A stretch of DNA of 64,000 bases. It comes from Macrostomum lignano (taxonomy: Eukaryota). Shown in pieces: positions 23,740 to 36,097 of this stretch. Both the position numbers and the translations under genes were made by a program. The DNA lies in the NCBI GenBank assembly GCA_002269645.1, contig NIVC01000812.1, forward strand, positions 51,327 to 115,326, read 5' to 3'. The notes beneath the pieces are model-generated. The model was not told where the DNA came from and did not search any database. It was given only the letters and a program-made list of their open reading frames with translations. Positions within the stretch are counted from its first letter, which is position 1, and each line of letters opens with the position of its first letter.

Positions 23740-24112
23740 AACTCTCTTGAGCATCGAATCTCTTGAGCATCAACTCTCTTGAGCATCAACTCTCTTGAGC
23801 ATCAACTCTCTTGAGCATCAACTCTCTTGAGCATCAACTCTCTTGAGCATCGAATCTCTTGAGCATCAACTCACTCGAGCATCAACTCTCTTGAGCATCG
23901 AATCTCTTGAGCATCAACTCTCTTGAGCATCGAATCTCTTGAGCATCAACTCTCTTGAGCATCAACTCTCTTGAGCATCAACTCTCTTGAGCATCAACTC
24001 TCTTGAGCATCAAATCTCTTGAGCATCAACTCTCTTGAGCATCAACTCTCTGGAGCATCAAATCTCTTGAGCATCAACTCACTCGAGCATCAACTCTCTT
24101 GAGCATCAACTC
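23740..24112. repeat. 16-bp minisatellite upstream of lectin paralog 1
   Basis: Unit GAGCATCAACTCTCTT, about 23 copies. Confidence 0.97.
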
Positions 24113-24766
24113 ACCTGCTCATGAACTCATCAATATTCCAGTCAGGGAAATCAACGCGTGAGTTGTGTGCTTTTGTCTTTCGGGAAGTCTATGAGACTTT
24201 AAATCGGTTCCTGTTTTACGCGGATGTTTGCATATCACAAGTTAACACCGAGTCTGAAACCGTGCTTATCATCCTCACTATATAGAGTTTCACGTCATCC
24301 CAGCGTGGGCGAGTCCATTACACTCGTATTTGTCCCCAAAGCTAAAAATGGCTGGTGCAGAATCCTGCAGAAGCCAGTGAGAGCAAATAGTTTCATTTGC
24401 CAAGATAGCCCCTCGGCTTTCTATACTCAACCCGTTCCATTTTCCTTCATCACTAGGCATCCGGCCTTTTTCAACCACAGCCCAGCCATCGGTCGGGTGA
24501 ATGTCGCCACAACGCTACTTTTATCCGGTATATATCGTTCTGGATTAAACATTGAAGCCGCTGCCTCCCCCCGGAGACTTAATTGTTGTCGTGGAGCGAA
24601 AAGCTAGCTCTGGCTTCACCAGAAAAGCAGGCGATTTATCTTCAAAATGGATATCGAGACGGATTTCTCTCCTGTTTAATCGGATGTCGGGACATGCATT
24701 GCTGAACCATTTCTAAGCAACAGAGACTCTTTAGTGCGAATTGTTTCACACAATTCTGACACTGCA

Positions 24767-25270
24767 GGGGCGGAGCAGCTCAGCGGCGAACGCGTCCGAC
24801 TCTCGAGCCGCGACCCCGGGTTCGATTCCGTGAGCGGCCCCACATTCATTGGGGCTTGTGCGCACAAAATGGGCTTTTCGTGCGATTCACAGCTATGAGG
24901 GCCAAGCCCCAAGGCACAGAGAATGTACATGCTTGACGATTAGACAGTCAGGGCCCATATGCACCCTGTGTGAGCGTGTGTCTGAGTGCCGTGCCTGTGT
25001 ACAGTCGCGCTTGTCTGTGCTCAGGACTCAGCGGAATGGGCAGAATTGCTGTCAGCGCTGGTTGTGAGACGATGTCGCCGAAGACGTTGCACCGGGGTCC
25101 CTGCGGCCCTCCTGCGAACATTCACTTTATCAGCCATTTCTGTACTTTGTTAGAATATTCAGTTGACTAGCAACTGGTCTCACAATTTTACTTGCAGCTG
25201 AATTGATTGATCATCAATCGATTACTAAAAACCAGCTCGAACTACTGCAAGTAATAAGCGCAGTTATTAT
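24767..25270 (+). mobile_element. tRNA-derived SINE, near full length
   Basis: Head GGGGCGGAGCAGCTCAGCGGCG (A box) ... GGTTCGATTCC (B box, 24819-24829); body recurs at 15415, 17940, 34170 and 50695. Confidence 0.85.
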
Positions 25271-25499
25271 CTTAGCTTTCTACGCCCCAATCCAAATGCA
25301 TCGCTTCACAATTTTTGCATGAAATATTCTATAAACTGTGTTTAATTCTGAGCAAAATGGCTTTTACAAAATGACCCGAGGACTGATAAATAAGCGGAAG
25401 AGTCCGAACTCGAACTGAGCTACTTGGCAACCCCCCCGGACTCCCGGGAAGGCTTGGGTCTTCAGAGACGAGCAGAAGATTGCTCCGTTGACTGGGAAG

Positions 25500-25695
25500 A
25501 GACAGAAGAGACAGAGACAGACAGACTCTCTCCCTTCTCCTTTCTCCCCTCTCCTCTTGCCCTTTTTCCTCTCTCCCCTCTCCTCTCTATACCCTCTCCT
25601 TTCTCCCCTCTCCTTTCTCCTCTCTCCTCTCATCTCATCCCATCTCTCGCCTCTTCTCTCTTCTCTCACCTCTCATCTTCTATTCTCTCTCCTTA
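25500..25695. repeat. AG/CT-rich low-complexity tract
   Basis: Runs of (GA) then (CT)-rich sequence. Confidence 0.85.
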
Positions 25696-25988
25696 ATTGA
25701 AAAATTCTTGGTCTAAAAACTAAACAGGCAGGACGGGTATGTTTATCAAACTAAACATTTCATCTGCATCCAATGAAAAACTATCCCCATGCTCGTTCTG
25801 AAAAATGAGAAGTTCCTATTTCGCTAGTGTGTTTTCGTTCAAATCCCAACTAGAAATTTTAAGTACTTTCTTGAAATTGAAACGCACTTGCCGTCCTTCT
25901 ACAATAAAAGTACTTAACTCGTCCTTGACTACACATTTATCTAACATCTAACATGTACTGTCCTGGTTGACTGCTACCAAAGCACATA

Positions 25989-28900
25989 CACTGTAAATTA
26001 AAAGTGGCCGCAGAAGTAGCCGGTTGTAAAATAGTCTTTAGTAGCCGGTTGTTGAATTTCTTAAATCACTTCAAAAATAGTTACATATATTTAGTTTTCA
26101 TTATCTGCAACCTGCTAGGTATTTTTCATACTGAAAAAATCCGCAGGGAATCCTGACAAAGCCATGGGAGCTGCATAATTAAAAAGTAGCCAGTTGTACA
26201 ACGTACAAAGTACCTATACTTAAGATTGGAATTCATTTACAAAAGTCTGTAAAGCAAAGTTTCTAAATGCATGTGCTTTATGAATAGCATATAAATAACT
26301 TGAAGCTTGATAGTTTTATAATTGAAAAAAGATGCTTGTATGTTTTCTTATAATGATTTCTTTTTAAAAATCAAACACTTTTGCTTGAGCAGAGTGATTA
26401 TTGCATGCTTAAAATCTCCTAATTGTCAAATTTGTCGAATATTCGTTTTCAGTTTCAGACAACTAACTTGCTACAATTATTTCTTTGTGAATAACAGTGT
26501 CTGACTGTCTCGTTGCTCTTTGTAGAAACTTTGTATTTTAGCTACTGATAGTTTTTATTTCTGTCCTAATATTTAGTAAGCCATCCTTATCGTTTTAATT
26601 TTTGCCTGTACTGTACTGTAATCAATGGCTCCTGAATTTTACTTGTATAGTTCCAAAGCTATTAAGCTTTACTTTGGCTTCATTTTTTTTATGATGGCAA
26701 GTCATAACTCCTTGTCCATGTTCACATGTAAATGTGGTTGTAAGAGCACTTCTTTATCCCAGTTTTTAAAGCATTATCGCCATTATTGTCCTCTCTTGTC
26801 CACTAGGTCAGCTGAAATTCAACTGAAGTTTCAGTGTCCATTACAGAATTGTTTTGTATTTTCATCCTCGAAAGAAGCCACTATCAAGCATATTTCTAGG
26901 TTCCACAGTGATACTATCCTAAGTCAAAGCTTAACTGAGCCATTTCAATTTGATGTTACAGACATAAGTCCTAGCAATCAAGCCAGTGCCAATGATATGC
27001 ATATGAATGAACACTTACTGACTGGATCTTCTACAATAAATATGCCTATTGACATTGAGCAAAACCAGCTTGTACATGCTGAATTTAAAAACCAAGAAGG
27101 GTCTAGAGATTTATCAAACCTAGTTAGGCCTCCTGTTTCTATGTTAGCACTAGCCAGGCCAGAATCATCTGCATGGGAATTGAAAGAAAAGTTAAAATCA
27201 AACAGTGGTTGCAACATGGCAAAGTTTTATTTTCAAGCTAGAGATTATTTCAGCTTACCAAATAGTACAGCAAGGTCATTAAGTTTACAAGTAAAAGGCA
27301 TTTTTTCTTCCTTTAGTATATTATATCTATCAACCATTTGTCAATTCCTGAAAGAAAAAGGTATTCCAAATAAAACCATCCAAGGGGTCCAAGATTTCTT
27401 GCAATTAGAATCATTCTTTGATACTTGCCTTGAAATATTAGAAAGTGATTCACAGTTATTAAGTTTTATTAAAGGGCATTATCAATTTGTTGAACCTATT
27501 GAAGTACCATTATTTAATAGGAATAGTATTGTTTATATTCCAATCAAAAGCAATATTTCTTCAGTTTTACAAAATAAATATTTTCAATCTATGATTTTTA
27601 CTGGGGAATTAAAGGAAAAATCACCTTTCTTTTCTAGTCCATACTTTAAAAATTATATCAAACCATTAATTGAAAATGACCCTAAAGATGCTATTTATCT
27701 TGCACTATATACAGATGAATTTGAAGTGGCAAACCCAATTGGTAAAGCTAGGTGTAAGCATAAAATTTATGCAATTTACTATCGAATTTTAAATCTGCCA
27801 AAGGAAATTGCATCTCAAGAAAAGTGTTTCTTTTTAGCTTGCTTAGTAAAATATAAAATTATTCAAGATAATATCCTCAACCTTGAAGAGCTATATTCTC
27901 CTTTGATTGAAGAATTGAATAATCTGTATGACTATGGAATTACATTTGAAGCTTTAAATGGGGAAAAAATAAATGTTCCAGTTATTGCATGTTTATGTAC
28001 TGGTGACAACCTATCAATTAATTCACTTGTTGGACTTGGGACAAATTTTGTATCAGGCCAAGCATGTAGATTTTGTATTGCAAAGGCTACTGACATTGAT
28101 TTTTGTCTAACTAAGCATGATGACTTAAGTAGAGATGATAGCTGGGACATTAGCATTCAAACTGGAATTAAGCAAAACTGTCCATTCAATGGTCTTGGAT
28201 ATGTTACCATGCCTTACTTTTTCCCCCCAGATTTTTTTCATGATTTACTAGAAGGTACATCACACTTCGTTGCTTGTCTTGCTATTAAATTCTTATTAAG
28301 GCACAAAATCCTAAATTTTGATAATATCAAAAGGCTTTTCAAACTTTTCCCTGTCTCAATGCCTTCTCTTTTGCCAGCACACATCAACAATAATAGATTG
28401 CCATTCTGTGCAGCAGATATGATTCACATTATCCATCGAATGCCTCTATATTTTGGGCCTTATGTTCTTTCCAGTAATAATCCAATTAAGTATGATATCA
28501 TGAATCTTCTATTAATACATTGTGAAGTTCTGGCCATTTTATTATCAACTTTAGATGAAGAAGAACACAATTCAGACTATATTGCTACCTTAATAAATGA
28601 ACATAATAACCTAATATACAAAGTATCAAACAATCAATTATCAAAAAAATGTAAACTCCATTATATGTTGCATTATCCAGACCTAATCCCTATGTATAAT
28701 GGATTGAAAGTAGCATGGACAATGAGATTTGAGTCAATCCATCAGTACTTTAAAAAAATAATACCTATAGTACGTTGCTTTAAAAATGTATGTGCAACAG
28801 CAGCACAAAGGTTTCAACTGCATCAAGCTATTACAATGTCTACTGTTGAATTTGATGTTCCATTGGCTTCAAATTTACAGCAAGTATCACTTGTTAATCT

Positions 28901-30453
28901 TTTTGATTTTCAAACAATCGAAACCATTGCTAGTTATTTGCAGTTGCCTAGTATAAATGATATGCCTAAGGATTGTATTGTAGCAAGTAGTTTAAAAATA
29001 GGGTCATTAGAGTTTAAAGCTCCAACTAAGTACAAGTCAATTATTATTTTTCAAAGTAAACATCAAGACTTTGATGATTGCTATGATCTAACCCTATCAT
29101 CACTTTTTAAAATTATATGCATTAAGGGCAAGTGGCTTTTGGTAACAAAAAATTACAATTCCATTTTTTTGCCATCATACTTTACTTTTTATTGTAAACC
29201 AACATCACAAGTTAATATTATTGATCCAGTACACAAATTTCTCTATCCACCAGTATTTGTAGACATAATTGCAGGTAAACACTATGCTATTTTATCTTCC
29301 TTTTTGCCCTTCTAATCAGTGTCCATAATCTTAAAACTATGTTTTTAAATGTGGAAAAAGAATATGCATTGAATCATGGTTTTGATATATAGCAAGATTA
29401 TGAATTTGTTATAAGAAAAATCTTAAAAAACTGCTGGCCACAATTCCTAAGAAAGACCTAAGACTATTGTTTCAATATAATGTCTACTTAATGTCCAATG
29501 TCTAAGTAATGTCTGAACTCTGAAATTAATCACTTCAAAATTTTATTATTAATGCCCGCAGCTGAATTCATGCCATTGTACAAAATTTCTGCAGTTGGAA
29601 AGGAGAAGAAAGTTCTGATCAACCTGCAAAATTCTGACTTTGACAATTTTGTAACTGCTGGATGTACAGCCCTAGGAATCAGCTATGTGCCAAGCCCACT
29701 TGTTTGCACAGAGGATGGCTTCGAAATTGCAGATTCTGACACTTGGAAAGCAATCACTGCCGATAATCCAAGCAGCCAGGTCTTCCTAAACATGCTAAAC
29801 ATGCTCTCTGTGCAATTTTTCATGCTACTAGCTAAACCTTGTTGTTCACTGACTAAAATTAAAGTACTATTTCTTATTTTCATTGCTTGACTCTTTTAAG
29901 GTGCTAAACATGCTCTCTGTGCAATTTTTCATGCTACTAGCTAACCCAATTTGCTGAAAACAGTGTCTAATTTTAAATATATGCTTAACTTCAAAATTAC
30001 ATTATTTTTTTCAAACCTTAAAAATTATGCACTCAAGATTTGCCACTGAATGATTTTTTTTCACTATTATTAACTAACTAACCAACTACATACATCAAAT
30101 GACCGAAAGAAAGCTGGTTAGTTGAAACGCTCAGGATATTGAAGGAGTAAGTTCTTGGAAGGGCCATATTTTAATCATCAAAAAGTGGCCTAAAGGGTGC
30201 CGGTTGTAATTAGTCGGATAGGTGCCGAAAGTGTCTAATTTTCGGCGCCCTTTTCTACAAAAAAGTGTCACAAGCGGTTACTTTTTTAACCTAAAAGTGG
30301 CTGCATGCGGCACTTTTTAAAGCCTAGAATTAGCCGCTTGCGGCACCCTAATATTGAAAAAGGCGCCGAAAATTGGACACTTTCGGCACCTATCCGGCTA
30401 CTTACAACCGGCACCCTTCAGGCTACTTTTTCGGCTACTTTTTATTTACAGTG
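25989..30453 (+). mobile_element. CACTA/EnSpm (CMC superfamily) DNA transposon
   Basis: Termini CACTGTAAAT.AAAAGT.GCCG and the reverse complement ending CAGTG at 30453; TA on both flanks (25987-88, 30454-55); subterminal AGTAGCCG(GTTGT) repeats; AT-rich interior with a transposase ORF. Confidence 0.9.
26625..29315 (+). CDS. CACTA/EnSpm-like transposase, 896 aa, uninterrupted
   Basis: Two N-terminal C2H2-like fingers; motifs YIPI, LYTDEFEVANPIG..KHK, GDNL, CRFC, PPDFFHDLLEG, KLHYMLHY, WTMRFESIHQYFK typical of animal EnSpm-type transposases. Confidence 0.9.
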   Translation: MAPEFYLYSSKAIKLYFGFIFFMMASHNSLSMFTCKCGCKSTSLSQFLKHYRHYCPLLSTRSAEIQLKFQCPLQNCFVFSSSKEATIKHISRFHSDTILSQSLTEPFQFDVTDISPSNQASANDMHMNEHLLTGSSTINMPIDIEQNQLVHAEFKNQEGSRDLSNLVRPPVSMLALARPESSAWELKEKLKSNSGCNMAKFYFQARDYFSLPNSTARSLSLQVKGIFSSFSILYLSTICQFLKEKGIPNKTIQGVQDFLQLESFFDTCLEILESDSQLLSFIKGHYQFVEPIEVPLFNRNSIVYIPIKSNISSVLQNKYFQSMIFTGELKEKSPFFSSPYFKNYIKPLIENDPKDAIYLALYTDEFEVANPIGKARCKHKIYAIYYRILNLPKEIASQEKCFFLACLVKYKIIQDNILNLEELYSPLIEELNNLYDYGITFEALNGEKINVPVIACLCTGDNLSINSLVGLGTNFVSGQACRFCIAKATDIDFCLTKHDDLSRDDSWDISIQTGIKQNCPFNGLGYVTMPYFFPPDFFHDLLEGTSHFVACLAIKFLLRHKILNFDNIKRLFKLFPVSMPSLLPAHINNNRLPFCAADMIHIIHRMPLYFGPYVLSSNNPIKYDIMNLLLIHCEVLAILLSTLDEEEHNSDYIATLINEHNNLIYKVSNNQLSKKCKLHYMLHYPDLIPMYNGLKVAWTMRFESIHQYFKKIIPIVRCFKNVCATAAQRFQLHQAITMSTVEFDVPLASNLQQVSLVNLFDFQTIETIASYLQLPSINDMPKDCIVASSLKIGSLEFKAPTKYKSIIIFQSKHQDFDDCYDLTLSSLFKIICIKGKWLLVTKNYNSIFLPSYFTFYCKPTSQVNIIDPVHKFLYPPVFVDIIAGKHYAILSSFLPF

Positions 30454-31349
30454 TAGTTTCAAATGGCATACGAGTATTAACTGAATTACCATTGTGACTT
30501 TTGCACGATGATCTTCAACACCGAAGTTTATTAGTGCAAAATTTGTCAGAAAACGCAACGGCAGTATGGTGTAAAAATCAGCTTTAGTCCTATAAGAATG
30601 GGACCACAAAAATAAGCATAAAGATAGTTATATGACTTTTCAAAGACTCAATCGTTAAAATCAAATCGATTCATGATCATAAATCACTCAGTGACAATGT
30701 TACTTCATTAACATATACTGTAGTAGTATTGCAGTAGTATATAGTGAGGCGTTATTATAGACTTCAAATTTGAAGATGCGTAAATAAAGCGATAGCATGG
30801 GATTATAATCAAATAACGCTCGCAAAAAACAACAACATTGTTTGTAAACAAAGCCCACCAGGTGTTAAGGCATCACCGCAGGAGAAAAAATTTCTAATAA
30901 AACACCAATGAGTTTTGCAAAAAATATTCTCTATTACTTGATGGTGTCCAATTGCTCGTGGGATAAATAACCAAGACGGAATGACTAACATTTAAGAAGC
31001 TATATTTAGCAGCAGGCGGTCATAAAAGTCGGCGGTGAGAGAGAGATACGAGAGAAAGTGAATAGAAGGTAATAATAAACCGAGGCGAGGGCCAGGCTAT
31101 ATATTTAAAGTAATAAACTGGACCTCTTCGTGCGCCACGCGCACAGAGAGGCCTAAAATATCAATCGTACAATTATTATACGCTCTAAATAGATCGTGCA
31201 CACAACAGGAAAGTAAAACGGCCCAATTGGGGGCAACTAAAAGCAAAATTACATAGAGTAAGTAGGAATTGATACGGTTTTTGTCAGTTTATATGGATAA
31301 ATCTGACAGATGGTTCTTTGCAACTCAGTTTCTGTCCAGTGCAGTAAAG

Positions 31350-32113
31350 TTAGAACACGGACAGGCACTCGCAGAGGTACTTCCAGTTGCTAGAGCATCC
31401 GAAATCATCGATGCCGATCTTGTGATTGGCGTGGACAGCCGCGCAGCCCTGATCCAGCAATCCTTTGTTCGGCCTCTCGGGCTCCTAAACGTCGGTCCGG
31501 ATGCTCTCGTTGCAGGCGTCCCAGATCCAGCCTTCCGTCTTGGTCGCAGAGCCCGGAATCTGGTGGCCACCCAGAAATAAAGTCTTTACAGGGCTGTTCG
31601 ACACGTTCTTGATCCACATCAGGTGACGCGACTCGTCGGAGTCCAGAGCGTCCGCGAACTTCGACAGTCCGGCCTCCTGTCCGCACCGGGAGAGAGCGTC
31701 AGCCCAATTGGTCGCAGGTGAAGCCGACACCTTGTATGAGGATCCGAACTGAGAGTACTCGTATCCGGGTGGGCACAGGCGACCCGGAGCTACTCCAGGT
31801 AGCGATCTCACGTACACGGTTACTCGGTGAGTGCAGTTGGCCACTGACTGCACTCGGTGGCTGCACTTGTCGAACAGGAACAGCTTGCAGAGGCAGTCGC
31901 CATCCGGCAGCGAGAAGGCCCGGCAGTTCGGCATCTTGGCGCAGTGCAGGCTGCAGGACTGCGGATCGCACGAGCCCCACACGGTGTGGGTGAAGCTGGA
32001 CACGTCACGCAGTCAGCGCCAGAGATCGGGTGGAAAGTCGCTTTCAGAGAGTCGCAAGTTGCACCGCAACTAATTTTGAGACACAGAAGCAGAAACAGCA
32101 GTGGTCGCAGCAT
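31350..32113 (-). pseudogene. PAN + C-type lectin paralog 2, pseudogene
   Basis: Near-identical to paralogs 1 and 3, but has a 2-bp insertion at about 32001 (frameshift) and a TGG>TAG nonsense change at 31485-31487. Confidence 0.9.
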
Positions 32114-33499
32114 TTTGGTTGTCTACAGAGTGTGATAAGTTTGAGAACTTAATATTCTACGAAATTTAGGAAGTTGATTAGGCTAAAATTGGTTACCTGG
32201 CAAGAAAATTTGTGCCATCTAAGTATGGGATGGGCTTACTTCACTTGCATGTTTCTCCAAAGTTAAAATAGCTGGTACAGAAGCCAGTGAGAGGAAATAG
32301 TTGCATTGGCCAAGCCAAACCAACAAGATGCGGCCGATGCATTGCGGCTTTAGCTTCCTGTGCTCAGCACCGTTCCATTTTCCTTCATCGCCAATGCATT
32401 CAATAAGTCATTGTGCCCAGGCATCGGTTGGGTGAATGTCGCCACAACGCTTCTTTTATCCGGTATGTCTGGTTCTAGATTAAACATCGAGGCTGCTTCC
32501 CCGGACACTTTAATGTTGTCGTAGAGTGAAACCCCCACTCTGGCAGAGTTGCATCGATCTTCCGAATGGATACACGAGACGGATTTCTCTCATTTTAACC
32601 GGATGTAGGGACATGCATTGTTAAACCACGCCTAAGACTCTTAGCGCGAAAATCTTTCGGGTTCGATTCCGTGCTCGGTCACGTTCATAGGGGCTTGTGT
32701 GTCCATTACTCTGCTGCGTTCAGTGGATTGCCAATGTACGCGGGGTTGGAGTAATGGCGTTTAAACTGTGGGTGGTGGGTGGCTGCCTGCATACGACGTA
32801 TTTCTGCCACCGCGCGGCCTTTGCTCTTTGCACTCAATTTTTTACCCCCTTCGTCTCCAGCTATGTACCTCCTACACCTATCACAGTGAGCTAGATACGC
32901 TCGTCTGTCTGAACTGCAAGAACCGCTGAATCATTATACAGCAAAAGAACTGCGTGGCCTACTATGCAATTATGGGTGCAAATAACAAGGCAAAAGTGCG
33001 AGCTTATTCAGCGCCTGCGCCAAGCCATGCAGCAAAGCACGCACAGCCGGAGATCTGAACGGGGACGCCCAGGCCAACAACGAAGAGGCGGCCCTCTCTG
33101 CAGCGCTGGGTGCAGCCCGGATCAGTGATGGATTAGACGAGGAGATGCCGTGGGACCCCCGTCCCAGTCGGAAGGCGACCGAAGAAGACGGCTTCAGCAC
33201 GAGGTGGAAGAGCTGGAATGTAGGGTCCTCGAGATCCCGATCTCCTTCGGATCTATCAAAGTATGGCTTTGTTGTGCATTCGTGATGGTATTTGTATTGA
33301 AGCAGCTATCACCTGCCGGGTAGTATGCAAATTTTTAGTGACGCTGCGTCTCTTATGCTTGGTTCTCAATATTTGCTTTCGTTTTTACGGTCATATCTGC
33401 CTTTCGCCTGACAATTTTGCCATGCGCGCGCTCTCGGTGTCTTCTCGCGCCGCCCTCCGCTTTCAGGTCACCTCCGCTCTCGGGACGGGCCGCCCCAGA

Positions 33500-33960
33500 A
33501 GGCAGTCCCCGCCGATCTGCTCTGCTGTCTCGCCCTCGCAGACAGCTTCTGGCGATCCTACCGAAGCCAATTCAAGGCCTGGTGTGCGTTCAGTGATCAG
33601 GCGGGCATCGGTCCGACCACCGCTAGCGAGAGAGACCTTGTGCCAGTACGTGGTCCACATGGTGTAATCACGGATCAGCGAGTTCCGGCTCCGGGCTGGT
33701 GCTGCAGCTGCAGCGGTCCAAGACCAACCAGTTCGGCCAGCGTGTCCACACGGTGCAGCTGCCCTGTCTGGCCGGCGCTGCCTGGTGCCCTCTCAGAGCT
33801 GTCAGGGCTCGCGGAGGCAGCGTTTGAAGCTTCGTCTGCTGGTTTCAATCCGACTGCCTTCTCTGGTCACAGCCTGCGGTGCGGTGTGCCCAGCTTTGCC
33901 CTGCAGGCGGGGGCGGCCCTGCCTGGCATCATGGCCCTGCGGAGCTACTTCAGTTGACCG
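33500..33960 (+). mobile_element. Degenerate tyrosine-recombinase remnant (DIRS/Ngaro-like or Crypton)
   Basis: Frame from 33511 reads LALADSFWRSYRSQFKAWCAFSDQAGI...ERDL then, shifted, CQYVVHM (integrase N-terminal region); later FSGHSLRCGVPSFALQAG (HxxR box). The central part is missing. Confidence 0.65.
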
Positions 33961-34169
33961 TGCCTCTGAGGCCCGCAAGTATCGGGCGGTTGATCAGCTG
34001 GTGTCGCATTGGTAATTCCCCCTCTCTTCTCTGACTGTCTTGTCCTTTTTGGGGTTGGGAGTTCGCCTGCTGCTCCCCCCTATGCTTCTTTGCGCTGTTG
34101 CCGCCTCTTGCTCGCCAAAACGCCGCTTTGTTTGCCGCCTCTCTGCTTGTCCATCCTCACGGTTAAATG

Positions 34170-34590
34170 CACAAAATTTGAAAAATGGGCTTTTCTTGCG
34201 ATTCACAGCTATGAGGGCCAAGCCCCAAGGCACAGAGAATGTACATGCCTGAGGATTAGACAGTCAGGGCCCATGTACACCCTGTGTGAGCGTGTGTCTG
34301 AGTGCCGTGCCTGTGTACAGTCGCGCTTGTCTGTGCTCAGGACTCAGCGGAATGGGCAGAATTGCTGTCAGCGCTGGTTGTGAGACGATGTAGCCGAAGA
34401 CGTTGCACCAGGGTCCCTGCGGCCCTCCTGCGAACATTCACTTTATCAGCCATTTCTGTACTTTGTTGGAATATTCAGTTGACTAGCAACTGGTCCCACA
34501 ATTTTGCTTGCAGCTGAATTGATTGATCATCAATCGATTACTAAAAACCAGCTCGAACTACTGCAAGTAATAAGCGCAGTTATTATCAAA
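34170..34590 (+). mobile_element. SINE copy lacking the tRNA head
   Basis: Near-identical to 24865-25270. Confidence 0.85.
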
Positions 34591-35419
34591 GCTTTTACAT
34601 GCAATGTTTTCAAAACTGCCTTTCATTATCTTTCTAACTTTTTAAAACTCGGTACTACTTTACGAAATGACCCGAGAAGGCCCGGGCCGCCAGAGACGAG
34701 CAGAATGCACCGTTGACGGGGAAGGACAGGGAGTAATGCGAAAGACAGAAGCCTAGGAAAGGGGAGGCCGCGTCTGGTTCAACCAATGCGCTAAAAACCT
34801 CTTCAGCCACCCCCGAGAGCAGAGCCAACCACCCTAGCAACTGGCTGGTTTGATGCTCCTGGGCTACACTTTTTCAGGAGCTGCGTCCCCACTCTGAACA
34901 CTGCGAATGAGGGCTGTTGTGAAGGCCTCAAAAGAGAGTCTTTTTCAGAATATTACAGAAGTAAGAGGGAACGCAGAATCTGGTCCGTTCTGTCGCAGAG
35001 TCGAAACCTCCTTTGGCTTTGCAATCGCGGCTCAGATCCACTTGAGACACTTGATTTTACTGCAGGTGGGAACCGAGGTCATTGATTCGGTCAGGACTGA
35101 GTTACGGCGTCTGAGAGTGCAAGCCGACTGCAGACCCGGCACGAGAGTTAGTGAGAAAGGGTCAAAAGAGCACGCTAGGCATGTCTTCTTAGCATGTTAG
35201 AAATCGATGTTGAAAGAAAGCCGCTGTGAAGAAACGCAAGGACGCCAAAACAAAGACTATAGCCAGCAGCATACTAGGATAAAACCAATACAGAAATTTT
35301 TTTCATTTATTTCTATATTAAAGTAAGCCAGGGGGTCGACAAACTTCGGCGAGCGGGCCACATACGGCCCTCGGGTCCTTTAAAACTGCGCAATAGCAAT
35401 CCTGCATGCTCAAGTTTTG

Positions 35420-36097
35420 TCTCTTCTCAGTTCTCCTCTTCTCTCCCTTCTTCTCGTTCAGTCTCCTCTCTCCCTGTCTCTCTTCTTGCCTCTCCCTGTC
35501 TCTCCTCTGGTCTCTCCCTGTCTCTCCTCTTGCCTCTCCCTGTCTCTCCTCTTGTCTCTCCCTGTCTCTCCTCTTGCCTCTCCCTGTCTCTCCTCTTGTC
35601 TCTCCCTGTCTCTCCTCTTGCCTCTCCCTGTCTCTCCTCTTGTCTCTCCCTGTCTCTCCTCTCCCCTCTCCCTGTCTCTCCTCTCCTCTCTCCCTGTCTC
35701 TCCTCTCCTCTCTCCCTGTCTCTCCTCTTGCCTCTCCCTGTCTCTCCTCTCCTCTCCGTGTCTCTCCTCTCCTCTCTCCCCGTCTCTCCTCTTCTCTCTC
35801 CCTGTCTCTCCTCTTGCCTCTCCCTGTCTCTCCTCTTGTCTCTCCCTGTCTCTCCTCTCCCCTCTCCCTGTCTCTCCTCTTGTCTCTCCCTGTCTCTCCT
35901 CTCCCCTCTCCCTGTCTCTCCTCTCCCCTCTCCCTGTCTCTCCTCTCCTCTCTCCCTGTCTCTCCTCTTGCCTCTCCCTGTCTCTCCTCTCCTCTCCGTG
36001 TCTCTCCTCTCCTCTCTCCCCGTCTCTCCTCTTCTCTCTCCCTGTTTCTCCTCTCCTCTCTCCCTGTCTCTCCTCTTGTCTCTCCCTGTCTCTCCTC
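35420..36097. repeat. CT-rich ~22-bp minisatellite
   Basis: Unit like CTCTCCCTGTCTCTCCTCTTG(C/T); explains the ERRGETG and LSPCLSS pseudo-ORFs. Confidence 0.95.

Noticed and set aside
24230-24700. Possible decayed gene in the duplicated region upstream of each lectin (also 32260-32600 and 38060-38400)
   Set aside because: Short frames differ between copies, with stops and shifts, and no motif was recognised.
24767-24840. tRNA genes here and at 19455-19530, 22620-22695, 32640-32690 and 50695-50770
   Set aside because: A and B boxes are present, but I could not build a convincing cloverleaf; most continue into a repeated SINE body and the others match SINE heads.
35332-35390. hAT/Charlie-like terminal sequence CAGGGGGTCGACAAACT
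   Set aside because: Only one end seen; no partner TIR or target duplication found.
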